DNA from: Lingula anatina
Taxonomy: Eukaryota; Animalia; Brachiopoda
Direction of reading: 5' to 3'
Length of the DNA: 64,000 nt
NCBI GenBank assembly: GCA_051362555.1
Contig: CM120645.1
Span: forward strand, 21,018,001 to 21,082,000
Shown here: one piece after another, positions 11,961 through 25,250 of the stretch
Numbering within the stretch: position 1 is the stretch's first letter
Layout of the letters: the number at the start of each line of letters is the position of its first letter
Program-made: the position numbers and the translations under genes
Notes under the pieces: generated by a model
Databases searched by the model: none
The model's input: the letters and a program-made list of their open reading frames with translations, nothing else
What the model was told of the DNA's origin: nothing

Positions 11961-12630
11961 TCACTGCCAGCAGTTATTACAGAGGAAAACGTCCAAAAAT
12001 GTCGGGGTTTTGGCGCAAGTAAGATGTTCTTGTGCGTTACAAACAACGCAACGTAAAAACTCATACACTTCCTCCCCCAACTCCGTGGAGCTGCATGTTG
12101 GTGGCTCTATCCCGTTGCAAATCCTGCATATCGGTGCCGGTCTAAAGGGTGTTCGTGGCGCCTCGTTTCCTTCCAGAGGTTCTACAACGACGAAATTTCC
12201 CTCTGCTACATTTCCCTCTGATTTCTTTCTTCTCCCTCCTTCCTTCTTTTCTTTTCTGCGCTTCACCTCCAAGGCCCTCTGTGCCTTTCGCTCTTGGACC
12301 TCTTCTTCCTCTTCCTCTCTTCGCCCGCTCTTCTTTTCTTCTCCTCTTTCTCCATCCTACGCTTAGCGTCATCCTCGGCTTTTCTCATTTTTTCTACAGC
12401 TCTTCTTTTCTTCTTTTCTTCCAAATCTTTCGCCTTTTGTTCTCTCCTTGCCTGCATCTCCTCTCGCTTTTTTTCTTTCTCTTCTCGTCTCTTGCTTTCT
12501 TCTTCTTCTTTCCTTTTTCTTGTGTCATGGGCCTCATCTGCGGTTAACACTTGAGCTTTTGTGTAATCAGTCCCTCTACGTTTCCGACCAGGGACGCTTT
12601 CGGCGGGAAAGATCAACAACTTCGCAATGG
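11961..12630 (-). pseudogene. Frameshifted C-terminal fragment of a pogo/Fot1-like DDE transposase with K/E/R coiled coil and PHD finger
   Basis: LLIFP...GRKRR...KAQVLTADE then a long K/E/R tract, a frameshift near 12325, then a C4HC3 finger CRIC...CVVC...HLTC...CNNC*. No DDE domain is visible, so the superfamily call is an inference from architecture. Confidence 0.55.
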
Positions 12631-12774
12631 TATAAGGCCTGAAGAAGTATACAACTTCTTGCACAAACACACAGTAAATTATATCTAGTGATAAGGACCC
12701 ACAATCCATTCTCTTTACACCCAAAGATACGCTTGTAAAGCATAATCTTGAAGGAAAACCGCATTGTTGCCGTA

Positions 12775-12805
<31 letters not shown>

Positions 12806-12845
12806 ATGCTAATATATTACTTTTGTTTTGGGACTTTTTTATATA

Positions 12846-13300
12846 TGTACCTAAATCAAACTTTGATTCAGAGAAAACCTACTCCCCGCCCCCCCATACC
12901 CCCCCCCCCACCGAATGTACCTAAATCAAACTTTGATTCAGAAAAAAACTACTCCCCGCCCCCCCATACCCCCCACCGAATGTACCTAAATCAAACTTTG
13001 ATTCAGAGAAAACCTACTCCCCGCCCCCCCATACCCCCCCACCGAATGTACCTAAATCAAAATTTGATTCAGAGAAAACCTACTTCCCGCCCCCCCATAC
13101 CCCCCACCGAATGTACCTAAATCACAATTTGATTCAGAGAAAACCTACTCCCCGCCCCCCCATAACCCCCCACCGAATGTACCTAAATCAAACTTTGATT
13201 CAGAGAAAACCTACTCCCCGCCCCCCCATACCCCCCCCCCCACCGAATGTACCTAAATCAAACTTTGATTCAGAGAAAACCTACTCCCCGCCCCCCCCCA
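12846..13300. repeat. Minisatellite, about 7 copies of a 64-70 bp unit
   Basis: Unit AATGTACCTAAATCAAACTTTGATTCAGAGAAAACCTACTCCCCGCCCCCCCATAC(C)nACCG; length varies in the poly-C tract. Confidence 0.95.
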
Positions 13301-13354
13301 TACCCACCACCCCCCACCCCCACCCCCGGCTCTGTGCCTCCTTATCCATAATCG

Positions 13355-13548
13355 GCCGCATTCACAACCAAAGTTTATTTGCGGACTAACAGGGCCGCGG
13401 ATCAAATATGGACGACCTACTTGAAAGCTTCCCGTTTGACAACGGCAGGGAATATCTTCAGTGTCTATTAGGAGATTATGCGGCAAGCTTTTAAGTGAGT
13501 CGGGCACATTTGATCCATAGATCTGTTAGTCCGGGGATCAACTTGTTA
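13355..13548. mobile_element. Degenerate palindromic MITE (GCGGACTAACAG...CAAATATGG family)
   Basis: Inverted arms GCGGACTAACAG/CTGTTAGTCCG and GATCAAATATG/CATTTGATC. Related copies lie near 16160-16350, 21242-21530 and, partially, 430-490. Confidence 0.55.
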
Positions 13549-15319
13549 TAAATAATACTCTCGATATTTTTTCGTCCTTTGGTGGCTGCGTGAACAGTCA
13601 AACAATAGACTCGTGTTGCAATGCTGGTTATTCACTCGAAACCTGCGACCGATAATACTTGTAAAAGAAGTTGTTGAGCGTCAAAGATAACAAAAAGGTC
13701 TTATAGTTTATATCAAATTATTAGAGGTAATTTAAGCTGTTGAGTAAAGAAAAACTACTGCATTCTTTTAATTTAACACAGTTGATGAAATTCTTTGCTT
13801 GAAATATAGTCTATTTGCAAGTTCAAAAAAAAAAAAATTGAACACAATTATTTTATTTAAAAGAATCTTAAGCTTGTTAAGCGATAGTTGTGTTGATCCG
13901 CTCGTGGAGGAAAGGCCGGCAATACAAAAATGCATCCATTGAAAAATCAACAGCCAAAGCGTCAGCGCTACGAAAGGAGATCAATTGAAATTTTGTTACA
14001 GAGGCAAAAGACGGCCGACGATAATTTACGTGGAGTCAAAGTTTGCTATTTTTGTAGCAATGCACGATCTACACAAAGTGTCTGCAATGAATTTTATATC
14101 AAATGTAGTTGCCTACTTGCACGACTTGGCACTCCAACTTACCTTTTTCGTTTATATCAGAAAATATCAAACAGGAGTGCTAACGCCTGAGATTTGGAGT
14201 TAACATTTCAATAGGCCTATACTTGTACATGTTCAAAAAGTGTAGTTCAGATTAAGAAAGATTTGCAGGACAATACGACATTTTTTTCAAATCCAAGAAA
14301 AAAGTGGATTTTATAATACCTGATAATTAAATACCATACAAAGAAATCTCGACTATATTGAAAAATATCCTAGTAACATAGGCAATTATGCTTACTACGT
14401 GGTTGTAACCCCCACCGAGGTATGTAATCAGCTGAGCCATCCCCGATAAAAACAACATTTGAAGGGCAGAATCCACCAAAAAGACCAATTACTAAAGGTG
14501 AAGTACTGTGAGTAAAAATAGTGATTTTTTCCAATTTTTTTTTCAATTCTTAGATGTTGCTAGGGTTAATTTTGGTGTCAATTAGCAGGCTAGCGTGTAA
14601 ACTACTGCCTTTTTTTTCAGGACCAGGGACAGGTGCCGTGCAGTGAGGCACCTCTGGCGGAGGGAGTCACTGACTGTGAGCGGTGCAGTGGTTTGTTTAC
14701 AAACAAGAGGGGTGCACATGTTCAAGTATTGCCGGTAAGAAAAGTTAATTTTCAGCAGTATATCTGTGTGCCATTGGGAGTTATATCAGTGTGTCTGCTG
14801 TCCATGGGGATAGGAAATGTATCACCAAATTATTTTTTCATGCCTTTTTGCAGGCATTTCTTAATGACCGTCAATGCGAAATTATTTGGCGGTTTCTGCC
14901 CAGAAGCTAACGCGGTTGCCGTTCCACAGGCGCCATTTGTTCTTGTGCGCATGTCAACATATACGGCGCACTGAAACACTTGCTGGGCGCAATGAAGGCG
15001 AAATTGTGGCTTTTAGATAGAACTATATAAAAATTACTGTACCTGAACGTCCCTTTATATGGTTTACACTGTTACCTACAATTAAATTCGCAGGATGCAA
15101 GTAATAAGCTTATTGAATCTGACCTTAGGTCCATGTGCAGGCGCTGGCCCAATCAGAGGATATTTTATTTATTTATTCATTTATTTATTTTTGTTCGCCG
15201 TTATTTATATGTTGTCATGTTGCTCACCATTGTTGTTAAAATACAAAAGCAAATGACCAATCTACATTGCAAATTGTGTTAGTTGCATGGAAATCACACG
15301 GTAACAAAGGACGAATAAG

Positions 15320-15533
15320 ACCCCATTCCCACATTTTTTAGATCGATCTATCCCTGTGGAGAATCTCACTAGATTACTGTCAGCTTAGCCGGCTTAAGCG
15401 TCTGTCCCGCCTACTTAAAGCTGTAAGGGAGTAATTAACTATGGTGCTCGCTCGGCTGACTACAATTTAGCGTGAACCCCCAGGAAGTTAGGTCGATCCG
15501 GATGGATCGATCTAAATCTCTGGGAATGCACTC
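15320..15533. mobile_element. Degenerate MITE (ATTCCCA...TAGATCGATC arms); relative at about 19216-19475
   Basis: Inverted arms CATTCCCA..TTTAGATCGATC / GATCGATCTAAA..TGGGAATG. A similar internal TCAGCTTA motif and GATCGATC arms occur in intron 2 of paralog B. Confidence 0.5.
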
Positions 15534-15593
15534 TAAGAGGCGACCATGATGAAAGCCATGTATACTACGGCTTTCTGCGGCCTACTGTGTATC

Positions 15594-15927
15594 TACCCTC
15601 TACCAGGGAGACAGACTGATTTTCCACAGATATTCACAGATATGTCTATAGATAAATAGACGGCCATTTTGACTTTCAGCATCAGCAAAAAATGTCCACA
15701 ATAATAACTGCGGCCCTGGTAGAGGCAAGGGGTTACAACTCCTTGGTAGAGCAGGCCCGTAGCCAGGGGGGTTCGGGGGGTTCGAAAGATCCGCCCCTTT
15801 TGTCAGGAAAAGGTCCATTTTGGGTAAAATTTTACCTAGGTACACACAAGTTTCATTGTAAAAGGTCCACTTTTTCAGAAAAAGAACCACCCTTTTGAAT
15901 TTGCTGGCTACGGGCCTGTAGAGGGTA
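15594..15927. mobile_element. Mutator-like MITE (9-bp TSD) carrying a nested 5-bp-TSD MITE at 15752-15918
   Basis: TIR TACCCTCTACCAGGG with TSD CTGTGTATC (15585-15593 and 15928-15936). Nested element has TIR CAGGCCCGTAGCCAG and TSD TAGAG. Confidence 0.85.
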
Positions 15928-16159
15928 CTGTGTATCCACGAATTTACGCTCGGAGACAAGGGTCTTGTTCATACCATCCAGCATAAAATGTAAATGTGGA
16001 CACGTTTTGTCACTATCTTCCTTACGCCACTCAAACATTGTAGCAGATCAACTCTGTACAGAGTAACTCTAAACAGCCAAACTCCGGACATTTGCCAAGT
16101 TCAGCCTCTCAGAACATACCTACAGATCCGCCCGCGGGTGCACAACCACCACCTCTTTG

Positions 16160-16350
16160 GGCACATTCAGAACAAGCTGATTTGCGGACTAGTAGACCCG
16201 TGGGCCAAATATGGCGCCACCCATTTGAAAGCGTGCCGAGATTTAGTTGCTCTGCCCCTGCATGGACGGTGATCATGGGATCACCTTGGGAGCGCCATAT
16301 TTGATACGCGGACTAGGTAGTCTGCGGATCAACTTTGTTGCGAATGCTCT
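16160..16350. mobile_element. Degenerate palindromic MITE, same family as 13355-13548
   Basis: GCACATTC...GCGGACTAG...CAAATATGGCGC / GCGCCATATTTG...CGCGGACTAG...GAATGCTC. Confidence 0.55.
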
Positions 16351-17443
16351 CTTTGTCAATAAACAGGGAGCAGCCGTCACTTGGTAGCAATTCGAACCAC
16401 TTTTCGTACTTTTAATCAAACTCGCGCTGATTAATCCCTTCGATCGGTTTGGATTAAAGGTACATACGAACCGAGCATCGGTGGAGCGTGGATTCCCAGT
16501 AACACCTGTAAACCACTACTACTAGTTTCTTATACGACTCAAATAAATTCGACATGCCAAGGGATAAAATGAATAGATCACTCGATCAGCCATAAAAGAC
16601 CTTTAGACTGCTCCTTTCTTTAAATTTTTGGTCGGAAATTTAACCTACTTTCGTGACCTACTTTTCTGCCAAATTGACATACAGCATAGAATGCTAGCAG
16701 AAAAATCTATTCAAACATCATTTTCGGGTAAAATTAAACAATGCCTTTTGGTAGTTCTCATAGTTATACTACTTGAAACTGTATGCTGGCATTTGGTCGG
16801 TTTTTTGGCGAAAAATTAACTTTGTATGCATTTTTAATGACAATACAGCCAAGTAGCATGAAATAAGGAGGGGAAGGAAGAGAATTGTGTACCATAAATA
16901 ACACTACAGCAGTATAGTAAAACTAAATGAAGTAAAATAAAGAAGTAATAGAAAAATACATTTTATTTTTGATAAATTATCGTATGTAATAATGGCTTGG
17001 CCTTTAGACATACATGTGATTATTAAATTGGGTAAACATTCACTTATCAAATACAAAAGTGTATACAAAATACAAAAACGTCAAAAATATTTTATATCCT
17101 GAAGTTTCCTAGGATATATACGTGAGATTCTTGCTGACATCGGTAAAAAATACACATAACAATTAAATATCACAACAGATCTATTCATTAAAAGTATAAT
17201 GAATGAACACACGCACACGCACACACACACACATATATACATTCATTTACACATTTGCAGTTCACATTTACCATTTCAGCTCACTTTCTGCCCCTTTTTC
17301 TTATCTTTTTATAATTTATGTGGAATGAAGATATGCATGGTAATTTTCACCACGAGCCTTTATTTTAATGCCTTTTCATTTCATGCCCTTGAAAGATTGT
17401 TGTGTACTCTCTCTCTCTCTCTCTCTGGGTGACACTAATTGAC

Positions 17444-20400
17444 CTAGTCTATCATTGGTGGCGGATGGTCTTCTTCATCTTCCGTTGTGGTTCTTTCGTT
17501 GGAAGATTTACGGACCAAGTTTGTTTTCACACAAGCAACGGGAATGCTTTGGTGGGATTTTATTAAGCCGTTCTCTCCGTCGCCGGGACTTTTGCGATGT
17601 ACTTCCATGTTGTACAGGACACGCTCGCATTGAAATCCTGGCGAGAATTCGTTGCTGTTCAGGCACATGGCGACGTTTATATGTACAGGTAACCTAGGAG
17701 TGCAGAAAAAAGGGAAAATTATTGGATTAACATGTTATAAGAAAACTGGAGCATTTTGGGTATCTCCATCAAGAATGGCGGAGCAACTGCCGTGCGAAAT
17801 GTGTACAACATGCACCTAAATCCCACCCGGACAGAATTTCTTTCTGGATTATGACCGCTTGGAAATCGAATTAACCAACTCTCGCAAGAAAGTAACAGAA
17901 GAAAGGGCGCAGTGTTTAACGTTCATTATAATTTACACTGGTGAAGTATGAAATTGTATTTGACCATAAAATATTGTCAAAACCCTAAATTTGGGGGAGG
18001 TGAGAGCCGCCACAAATGGTTTTCCGAGAAAATGCAAGTCCGGAGCTTAAGTTTTAAAGCTTACTGTATTAAGTCGTTCTAGAATACATAATTGAATTTT
18101 TGATATTTTGTCGGCCATACTGGATTTAATGGCCATTTTGGAATTTTTAGACATTTTCCGAAATCGAAAATTGCTTAGAATGGTTGTTTGTAAAATATAC
18201 ATTTCTCATCAAATTGCTAGACAACAGGGCTATTCATTCACAGCATTTGGAATTGCGATTATCGCCTAATCGCGATTTCATTCGATGTAAAGTCTCTTCT
18301 GTGAACGCAATAGCGTTGCCAGATCGAATCCAAAATAATCAACCCCAAGAGTAAAATTATATCATTGTTAAAACTTTTTACCGGGGCATAAAATCGCAAG
18401 AAGCAGATGTTGTTATGATAAGCGAGTGCGCAGTTTCCTGTATGTCCAGTCGAATGTGAAAGAAAACGCACCACGCGAAACCAAGTATTTTATACACCAA
18501 AAAGAGTATCGTGAACATTGAAAACAAAAGCATGATTGTAGAGACTGAAAACTTGAGCACATTCAACAGGAAATACCGTGGCTTCCCTAGTGAGCGCCAG
18601 TACTATTACCACATCTAGCAAAAGTGAATAGCTATTTTGTTTTTATGCGTGAAAGCAAAAAAGCGAAACTTAGAAAAGCGCGTGATAATCGCGATTTTCT
18701 TAATTTCGATCACCTTGCTAAGTTTGAATGTGTCTAATTTATATGTAGGAGTGTATGCACGCGTCTATGTATGCGTCAGCTACGGTGTATCAAGAGTGTT
18801 TCGTGTTGTAGTGAAACGTTAATAGTACTGATAGTCTAAATTTGCATGCATGTGATTTACATATTTGTTTAATTGTTTAAGTTATTGAAAAGTATATAAG
18901 CATGGCATGTTGCATGTCAGTTATGGAAGTTCATTTAAAATGTAAATTAAGATCGAGTATAAAAGCAGCAACAAAGCCACAGAGGGGGAGAGATATATAG
19001 AAGACTTAGACATATAGATAGAGACATACAGATATAGATACGTATAGAGAGAGAGAGAGAGATGGAGAAAGAGAGCAAAGACCTGAGTTGTACAGTCAGT
19101 TAAATAAACCATGTAGAAGGGTAAACCACACCTGCCTGTCTCAGTTGTCTTACTGGTGAAAAATAAATCTAAGAACCTGACTAACCAACCGGCAGGTTAT
19201 TACAGTGTGTATAGACTGGGTTCCCATACCTATATCGATCTAACAGGATCGATCCATCTCCTAGGGGTTTCTCGCAAAATTGCTTTCAGCTTAAGCGGTT
19301 TAGGTCTGGAACGCCTACCGAAGCTGCTATACGATAATTAACCGTAATAACCCCCTACCAGCTTCGGTACTCGTGACAGACATCTAAGCTGCTTCAGTTG
19401 ATTGCAATTTAGCAAGAATCCTCTTGGAGATAGATCGATCCACAGTTTGTACGATAGGGGTCTGGGATTGGTCCCTATAGGCTAATGAGTATCATTCGGG
19501 ACACGGTGCATGCGCGAGAGTTGAACATGTGATAATGTGTTATAACCATTATCATCATTACTTGTAGTTGTGAAATCGAGAAACTGCATGTCATGGTATG
19601 AAGCATGATAATCATATTGAACATTGTAATTGTGAGCGACACTTAAGGGAATAAAAAAGAACGAGAAATAAGAGAATGTTTGCAAGCACAGGAAGGCGGA
19701 AAGATCCACAGACCTTCAGACAACCACTGATTCCCAAAAGAATTTTTTTGAGAAAAAAAAATTAATAGCGTAACAAACAAATAAATAAGCGAATAATTAA
19801 TTAATTAATTAATTAATTAATTAATTAATTAATAGTTAATACATTCCCTAGAGACCTTTACCTACCTATTCTCATCTATATTCACACAATAATACCACGG
19901 GCAGTCCGTGTGCACACCTTCCAGCTTTCTCTGGTCTTTCTCCGGACACCTTTCATGACCTATTTGGCGTACGTGTCTCGACTTGCTGGCAAGTTTAGCG
20001 TGCTCTTCTGAGGCTGGAGCGGCAATGATTTTCCCAGTGAGGATAGCCAGTACTACCACAACTATTTTAACTTCTTGTCTCTGGAAACAATAAACCATAA
20101 GTTATGATATCGACGCGATGGATAATTCATTTTCAACTCAATCCTTTTAATGCAAATATCCCTACGACACGCATATTATGAACCGAGCGGTTCAGCATAT
20201 GTATCTAATCGGTCTAATTCAGCAAATATACCTAGTTACCGTGGCGCACTGTCTGCTAATAAATAATTATACAAACGTGGTTCAAGGACGCAGTTACTTG
20301 CGGAAGTGCATCGCAAAAATGTGCAAGTTAAAAAAAAACTTCTGCTGTAAACTTTGAATACTGACTTCAAGGCCTCCGCAGAAAGGGACTGTTCTCCAAA

Positions 20401-22240
20401 AAAAGAAACTTATGAATTCTTTCATGAAATATTGACATATGTTATCCATTCGCCGATCCGATTTCATCATACAAGCCGTGCTAAACTCATCAACAGCTTA
20501 ATCTATGACAGGGAAAAAACATGTCGTTTCCACCATTTGAAAACAGCTTTAGTTAATGAAAGTGACGTTTTGGCTACTAATTTGAACGATATAGTGATTA
20601 AAATTCTCGGAAATGGTAGGAATAACGTATTAAATACAGGTCAATAGTGCCGCATCATATATGAATGAATAGGAGCGGCTACAGCTATCATTTATGCCGC
20701 GGCAAATAATTTGCTCAGTTTACAGCCCTGTATTCTGCGGGAGGGGGGTAGTTTTTTCTGAGAAAAAGTGAACCCCCCCCCCCCCATTATAGTTGACCCC
20801 ACTTGATAAATGGCATAGGACCTAGAGATTCTTTTAAGACCCCCCCCCAAAATCCCCTTCTACGGACCTGATTAAATAATAGAAATGACTTTCATTGACG
20901 GTGTCATTAACTACAACCATTATTGTCTGATCGTTAATATGTTCAATTATGATAAAACTACTTGTTCGCAGCACAAAGTATATTGCACCGGAACGATGAT
21001 TCATATCAAAATAATATCAAAACGAACGAACGCAAAAGCACATTCATTGTATGGGATGGTCGGAGACTCTCCTGACATGGAATTTCTACGTTTTCGCTGA
21101 CATGAATCACACGGAGCTAGAAACACTGCAGTTAGAATGTGGTCAAAGAGAGCACTTAAATTTGAGTTTTAATTCTAACGGACCAGGTCATCGCATGATT
21201 CAAGTATACGTTTTTTTGGAAAGTTTCGTTGCAGGATAGCATGAGCGCATTCAGAGCGAGTTGTTCCGCGGACTACCAGATCCGCAGATGAAATATGACC
21301 AACCCACTTAAAATCAAAGCCGACCAATCCGCTGATGATCTCTCTCTGCCTGCGCATGCGCCGTCCCTGCAGTAGCTTAGTAATTAAACCTCGGAGCAGT
21401 GACTTTATCCGTTTAATGGCGCGTGTGGAGGCGGGGAGACCATTAGGGGATTAAGCGGCTTGCATTTTAGTGGGGTCGGCCATATTTCATCCCCGGATTT
21501 GTTAGTCCGCGGATCATATGTCCTGAACGCGAATTCATTTCCGAATGCTTGATTAGTAATGAAAGCTTTTTTTCCCACCGAACCGTCCAGCCGCCATTTG
21601 GACGGCCACCGGTAGCACCGGACCGTCTATACTTCCAAAGACGGTTGGGCGGGTTACGAAATTTTTGAAAATTGGCGTCTTGGATTGTCGGGAGGGCCGT
21701 GGACAGTCTTCGATATTCTCAATAAAGTACTTTGGTCGTCAGTGGGAGACCCGGAAGCATTTAGCCTTTTTAACCCCCCCCCCCCTCTCTCACGGAACTT
21801 GGAAAAGTTGGACTCCCTGAAATTTTGTAAGAAATTTAAGATGGTAATATAATCTTGGACGGCCGGTACTCCTAATCCCTGGAAAAGTCCTGTTAGTAAT
21901 CAAAACACTTCTGGGAGGTTTTCTGCTTGTATTAAACTTAATGTCCAAAGCTCACTCATGATTGCTGTTAAATGTCGTGAACTTAACAGACGCGAAAAGA
22001 AATAAAAAACAAAACAGGAACACGGAGGGGTTAAAGTACATGTAGTAAGGTCATGGGTTTTCTCTCTCTCTCTCTCTCGCTCGCTCGCTCGCTCTCTCTC
22101 ATCTAATGTAACAGCTTAGAGATTGTCATAATATTTTAGAAAATTAACTGCATTTAAAGAAATAATAAAAAAAGAAAGGAAGAATCACTTTTTACACAAC
22201 ACTGACTCTCTTCGTCACTTACCGGTATGCAGAAGCCCAT
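17444..22240 (-). CDS. IL17: Interleukin-17 family cytokine, paralog B; exons 22240-22223, 20080-19866, 17693-17444; 160 aa
   Basis: Same exon structure and phases as paralog A, with an identical 18-nt exon 1 and GT/AG sites at homologous positions. Protein: MGFCIPRQEVKIVVVVLAILTGKIIAA...CPWYYCVNIDENRLPVHINVAMC...QCERVLYNMEVHRK...SIPVACVK plus an acidic tail (TTTEDEEDHPPPMID). Confidence 0.88.
21242..21530. mobile_element. Degenerate palindromic MITE in intron 1 of IL-17 paralog B
   Basis: GAGCGCATTCAG...CCGCGGACTAC...GATGAAATATG / CATATTTCATC...TTAGTCCGCGG...CTGAACGCG. Absent from paralog A. Confidence 0.6.
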
Positions 22241-22376
22241 GGTTACGATTCGTTTTTGGCTGATGTTAATATAAAGATATATCCGAACGTGTGTAGATAA
22301 ATACTGTGGTATAATTATGTTATACTAATTACTGCTGTTAGTATAGACGTCAGTGGTATACCAGAATTACACCATG

Positions 22377-22412
22377 TATTTATATAGGATATTTTCAATC
22401 AGGATATTTGTC
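22377..22412 (-). promoter_or_regulatory. IL-17 paralog B core promoter: TATAAATA and upstream conserved motif
   Basis: Minus-strand TATAAATA at 22384-22377, homologous to the paralog A promoter. Confidence 0.6.
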
Positions 22413-25250
22413 ATTCGTTTGGTAAATTTAGTCTATAAATAGCGAAGGGACTGGCACAAAAGAAAAAGAAGAAGAAGAATATCTTTATAATTGCTCATTT
22501 ATCAAATCTAAAGAAAATCAGGAAAGTTTTCAGGAAAAGGTCAAATTTCGTTCTTGACTTTTTCCTGCTCAAAATTCCATTTTTCTGTTATTTTGTTTTG
22601 AGGGAACTGGTCGTGACTAATTGTCACTTTTTATTTTTTGACATGAAGTAAAGGAAGACAAGCTTTAATCTTTATTTATCCTTTTGTCTGAACATGTGAT
22701 ACAATTCCATGGTTTAAACTATTCCCACTCATCGCCTGTAGTTATAGTAGCCCGGTGTAACGTTACAGAGAGCCCCCCATGACAGAGAATCGCTTCCCAT
22801 TCATTTGTACAGGCAGTCACCCTCGCTCTATATTTTGACCCACTTAAGGTCAATAACCCTAACCATTACAGCTAAATGGAGGACAGACTTTCTGTTACAA
22901 AGACCCTCAATTTCGTTACACCGGCTGCGGTTTCCGAGGGGGGGGGGGGGGGGGGGGGGGCAACGTCCGTCACCCCTACTGAACCAGTACTTTGGGGGAG
23001 ATAAATGACTGTGGAATGATATGCTCCTGGTATCATTTTATTAACATCAAATTTCACAAAAAGACCAACAATACAATTCCATGGTGCAGCGGTTTTATAC
23101 TCATTAATCACATTATAAGTAGACCAGGCATTATAACTACTCAAGATCTACCTACTTTGATTACCCTGATTCAGGGGGTGACACTTCTATTGTCCATTGT
23201 GTGTGCCTTAAAAAATTTTATAATGTAAAATACGGCTGGGTGATAGTGCATGGTATTTTTTTAAATTCTACGAAATGATACAAATTTGTAAAGACAAACT
23301 GTTTTCAATTCTGGCTCACTCCTCTACAACCTAGAAATAAAAGAAAGAATAAATATAACCATGTGAACAGGACTGAATAAAATGAAAAAAAAAAAAAAGA
23401 ATTTCAACCTCAGAAGAATAGAATAGTACGTACGCAAGTAAATGCCCATTTTTCCTTGATTATGATGAGAGATATGGAATAACTTTATAGAAAATATATC
23501 ACAAAACTTACAAAAACGGGGAATTGTCTGCCGAAATGAAAGGAATCAACACAGTAACAAAAAGGCACAGAAAGTTCAGAAAGTTTGTATTCAATTTCAA
23601 TTTCCATAAATACATTTATTAACGCCTAAATGATGGATCAAAAAGTTCTTTAAATGTCACTTCAGTTTTGTGAAAAAAAAGCATATAGCCCCAATTAAAA
23701 GACTATTGATTAAAACGTACAGATGTGTAATGCTATTAGTCATTATTAATCCTTTTTATTACAATACACCTACTAGAAAACGTCTCATAGAGACATCCTG
23801 TGTTAGCGGGTTGAGAGTAAACTTAAACCTGAATAACAAAGGCAGCATCAAATCCGCTCAGTTAAATTAACAGAAAACTTTAAAGAGTATAAAAATTATA
23901 TTAAAAAAAATATAATTGTTATTCTTACGTGTATTTGATTTAATGTGAGAGTTAGACTGTTTTTTTTTAAGTATCACAATCTTTTTAACATTTTAGATTT
24001 CATAGAACTTGATAATTCTGATTTTTAAAGAGTGCTTATCTCTTTATATGTAAAGTCTACTGAACATTTTAAATGGAATTTTACATTTTAAATAAATATA
24101 TCATTATATCATTGGTAATATTATTACTTTGGAAATATTTTCATAAGTATTTTTGGTCTGCTCGTTTGTATGTACATGTAGTCACATTTTTGTTTCATAA
24201 TGGAGGCCGTAATTTTTGGAAATCCAGATTTATAATCAATCCAGGATGAAACCTATTGATTTTCATTAGGATCATGTTTACTGTCAATATGTAAAAAAAA
24301 ACCCAAAGCTTTAAAATTAACATGGGTAAATTTTCATAGATTGGTAATTGATCCAGGAAGAACCCTACTTATTTTCAGTATGATCATATTTGTCTTTGCG
24401 TAATTAGATTTCAAAGTTTTGGAATAAACATTGGCAAAAAAGTTGACGATTAAAAAAAAATCTGTACTTTTTTATTTTGGCAGTAATTTCATCAAATTGC
24501 GTGACCTGATAGATAACAGATAGGGCCTACTAAGTGATGACTCCTCTCAACGTGTCATGTTTCACTAGATCGGGTACTGATTGAGACCGAGTGCACCACG
24601 ATAGTTGTTGTAAATTTAATGGCTTACGCCTTCACCAATTGCAAGTGCTAAGTTAAGTAGAATCAAATAAGTAAAAAAAAACAAGCCAGTTGTTAAGTGC
24701 AAGATTAAGATTCAGTGAGTATAGAAATTGTTTTCATGTTAGGAAATGATGATAAATGTAAAAGTTACACATATTTTTTTTATTTGATTGGTTTTATTTC
24801 ACAATCAAATTCCAAGTTTCTGTCGCGTGTATAACACAAGCAAACTTAGTTTTTGGCATGATCTAAATGTGCTGTAATTTGAATAATATTCTGTATTTCT
24901 AATGGAAAACTATGTGTTTAGAGATTGTCTAATAATGAAATATTCAATGGTGGATTGACAAATAAGACTAAAGACAATGTAACAAAAACAAGCATAAGAG
25001 CTGGATAGTAAATTATATCTGATAATACAATTTATTTTTGTAAAAGGTAAACATTCTTTGAGATACAAAGAGATTTACTGTAATATCGTATGGAAACATT
25101 GCTTGGTTTTGTCTCATTTCGCTTTTTACTCGCGCCGCAGCAAAGCATGACTATACTGTACACCGACTGCAGGTCGTAGATTTAATTTTTCTCTAACTTT
25201 TAGCAAACTGAGACCGTTGCTGTCGCAGCTCTATAGGTCCGGACTTGTTA

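Noticed and set aside
12806-13389. Proline-rich repeat ORFs
   Set aside because: Translations of a minisatellite whose units vary in length and break frame.
13930-14974. ORFs 13930-14190 and 14633-14974
   Set aside because: No recognisable motifs or splice-consistent structure; probably TE-derived or random.
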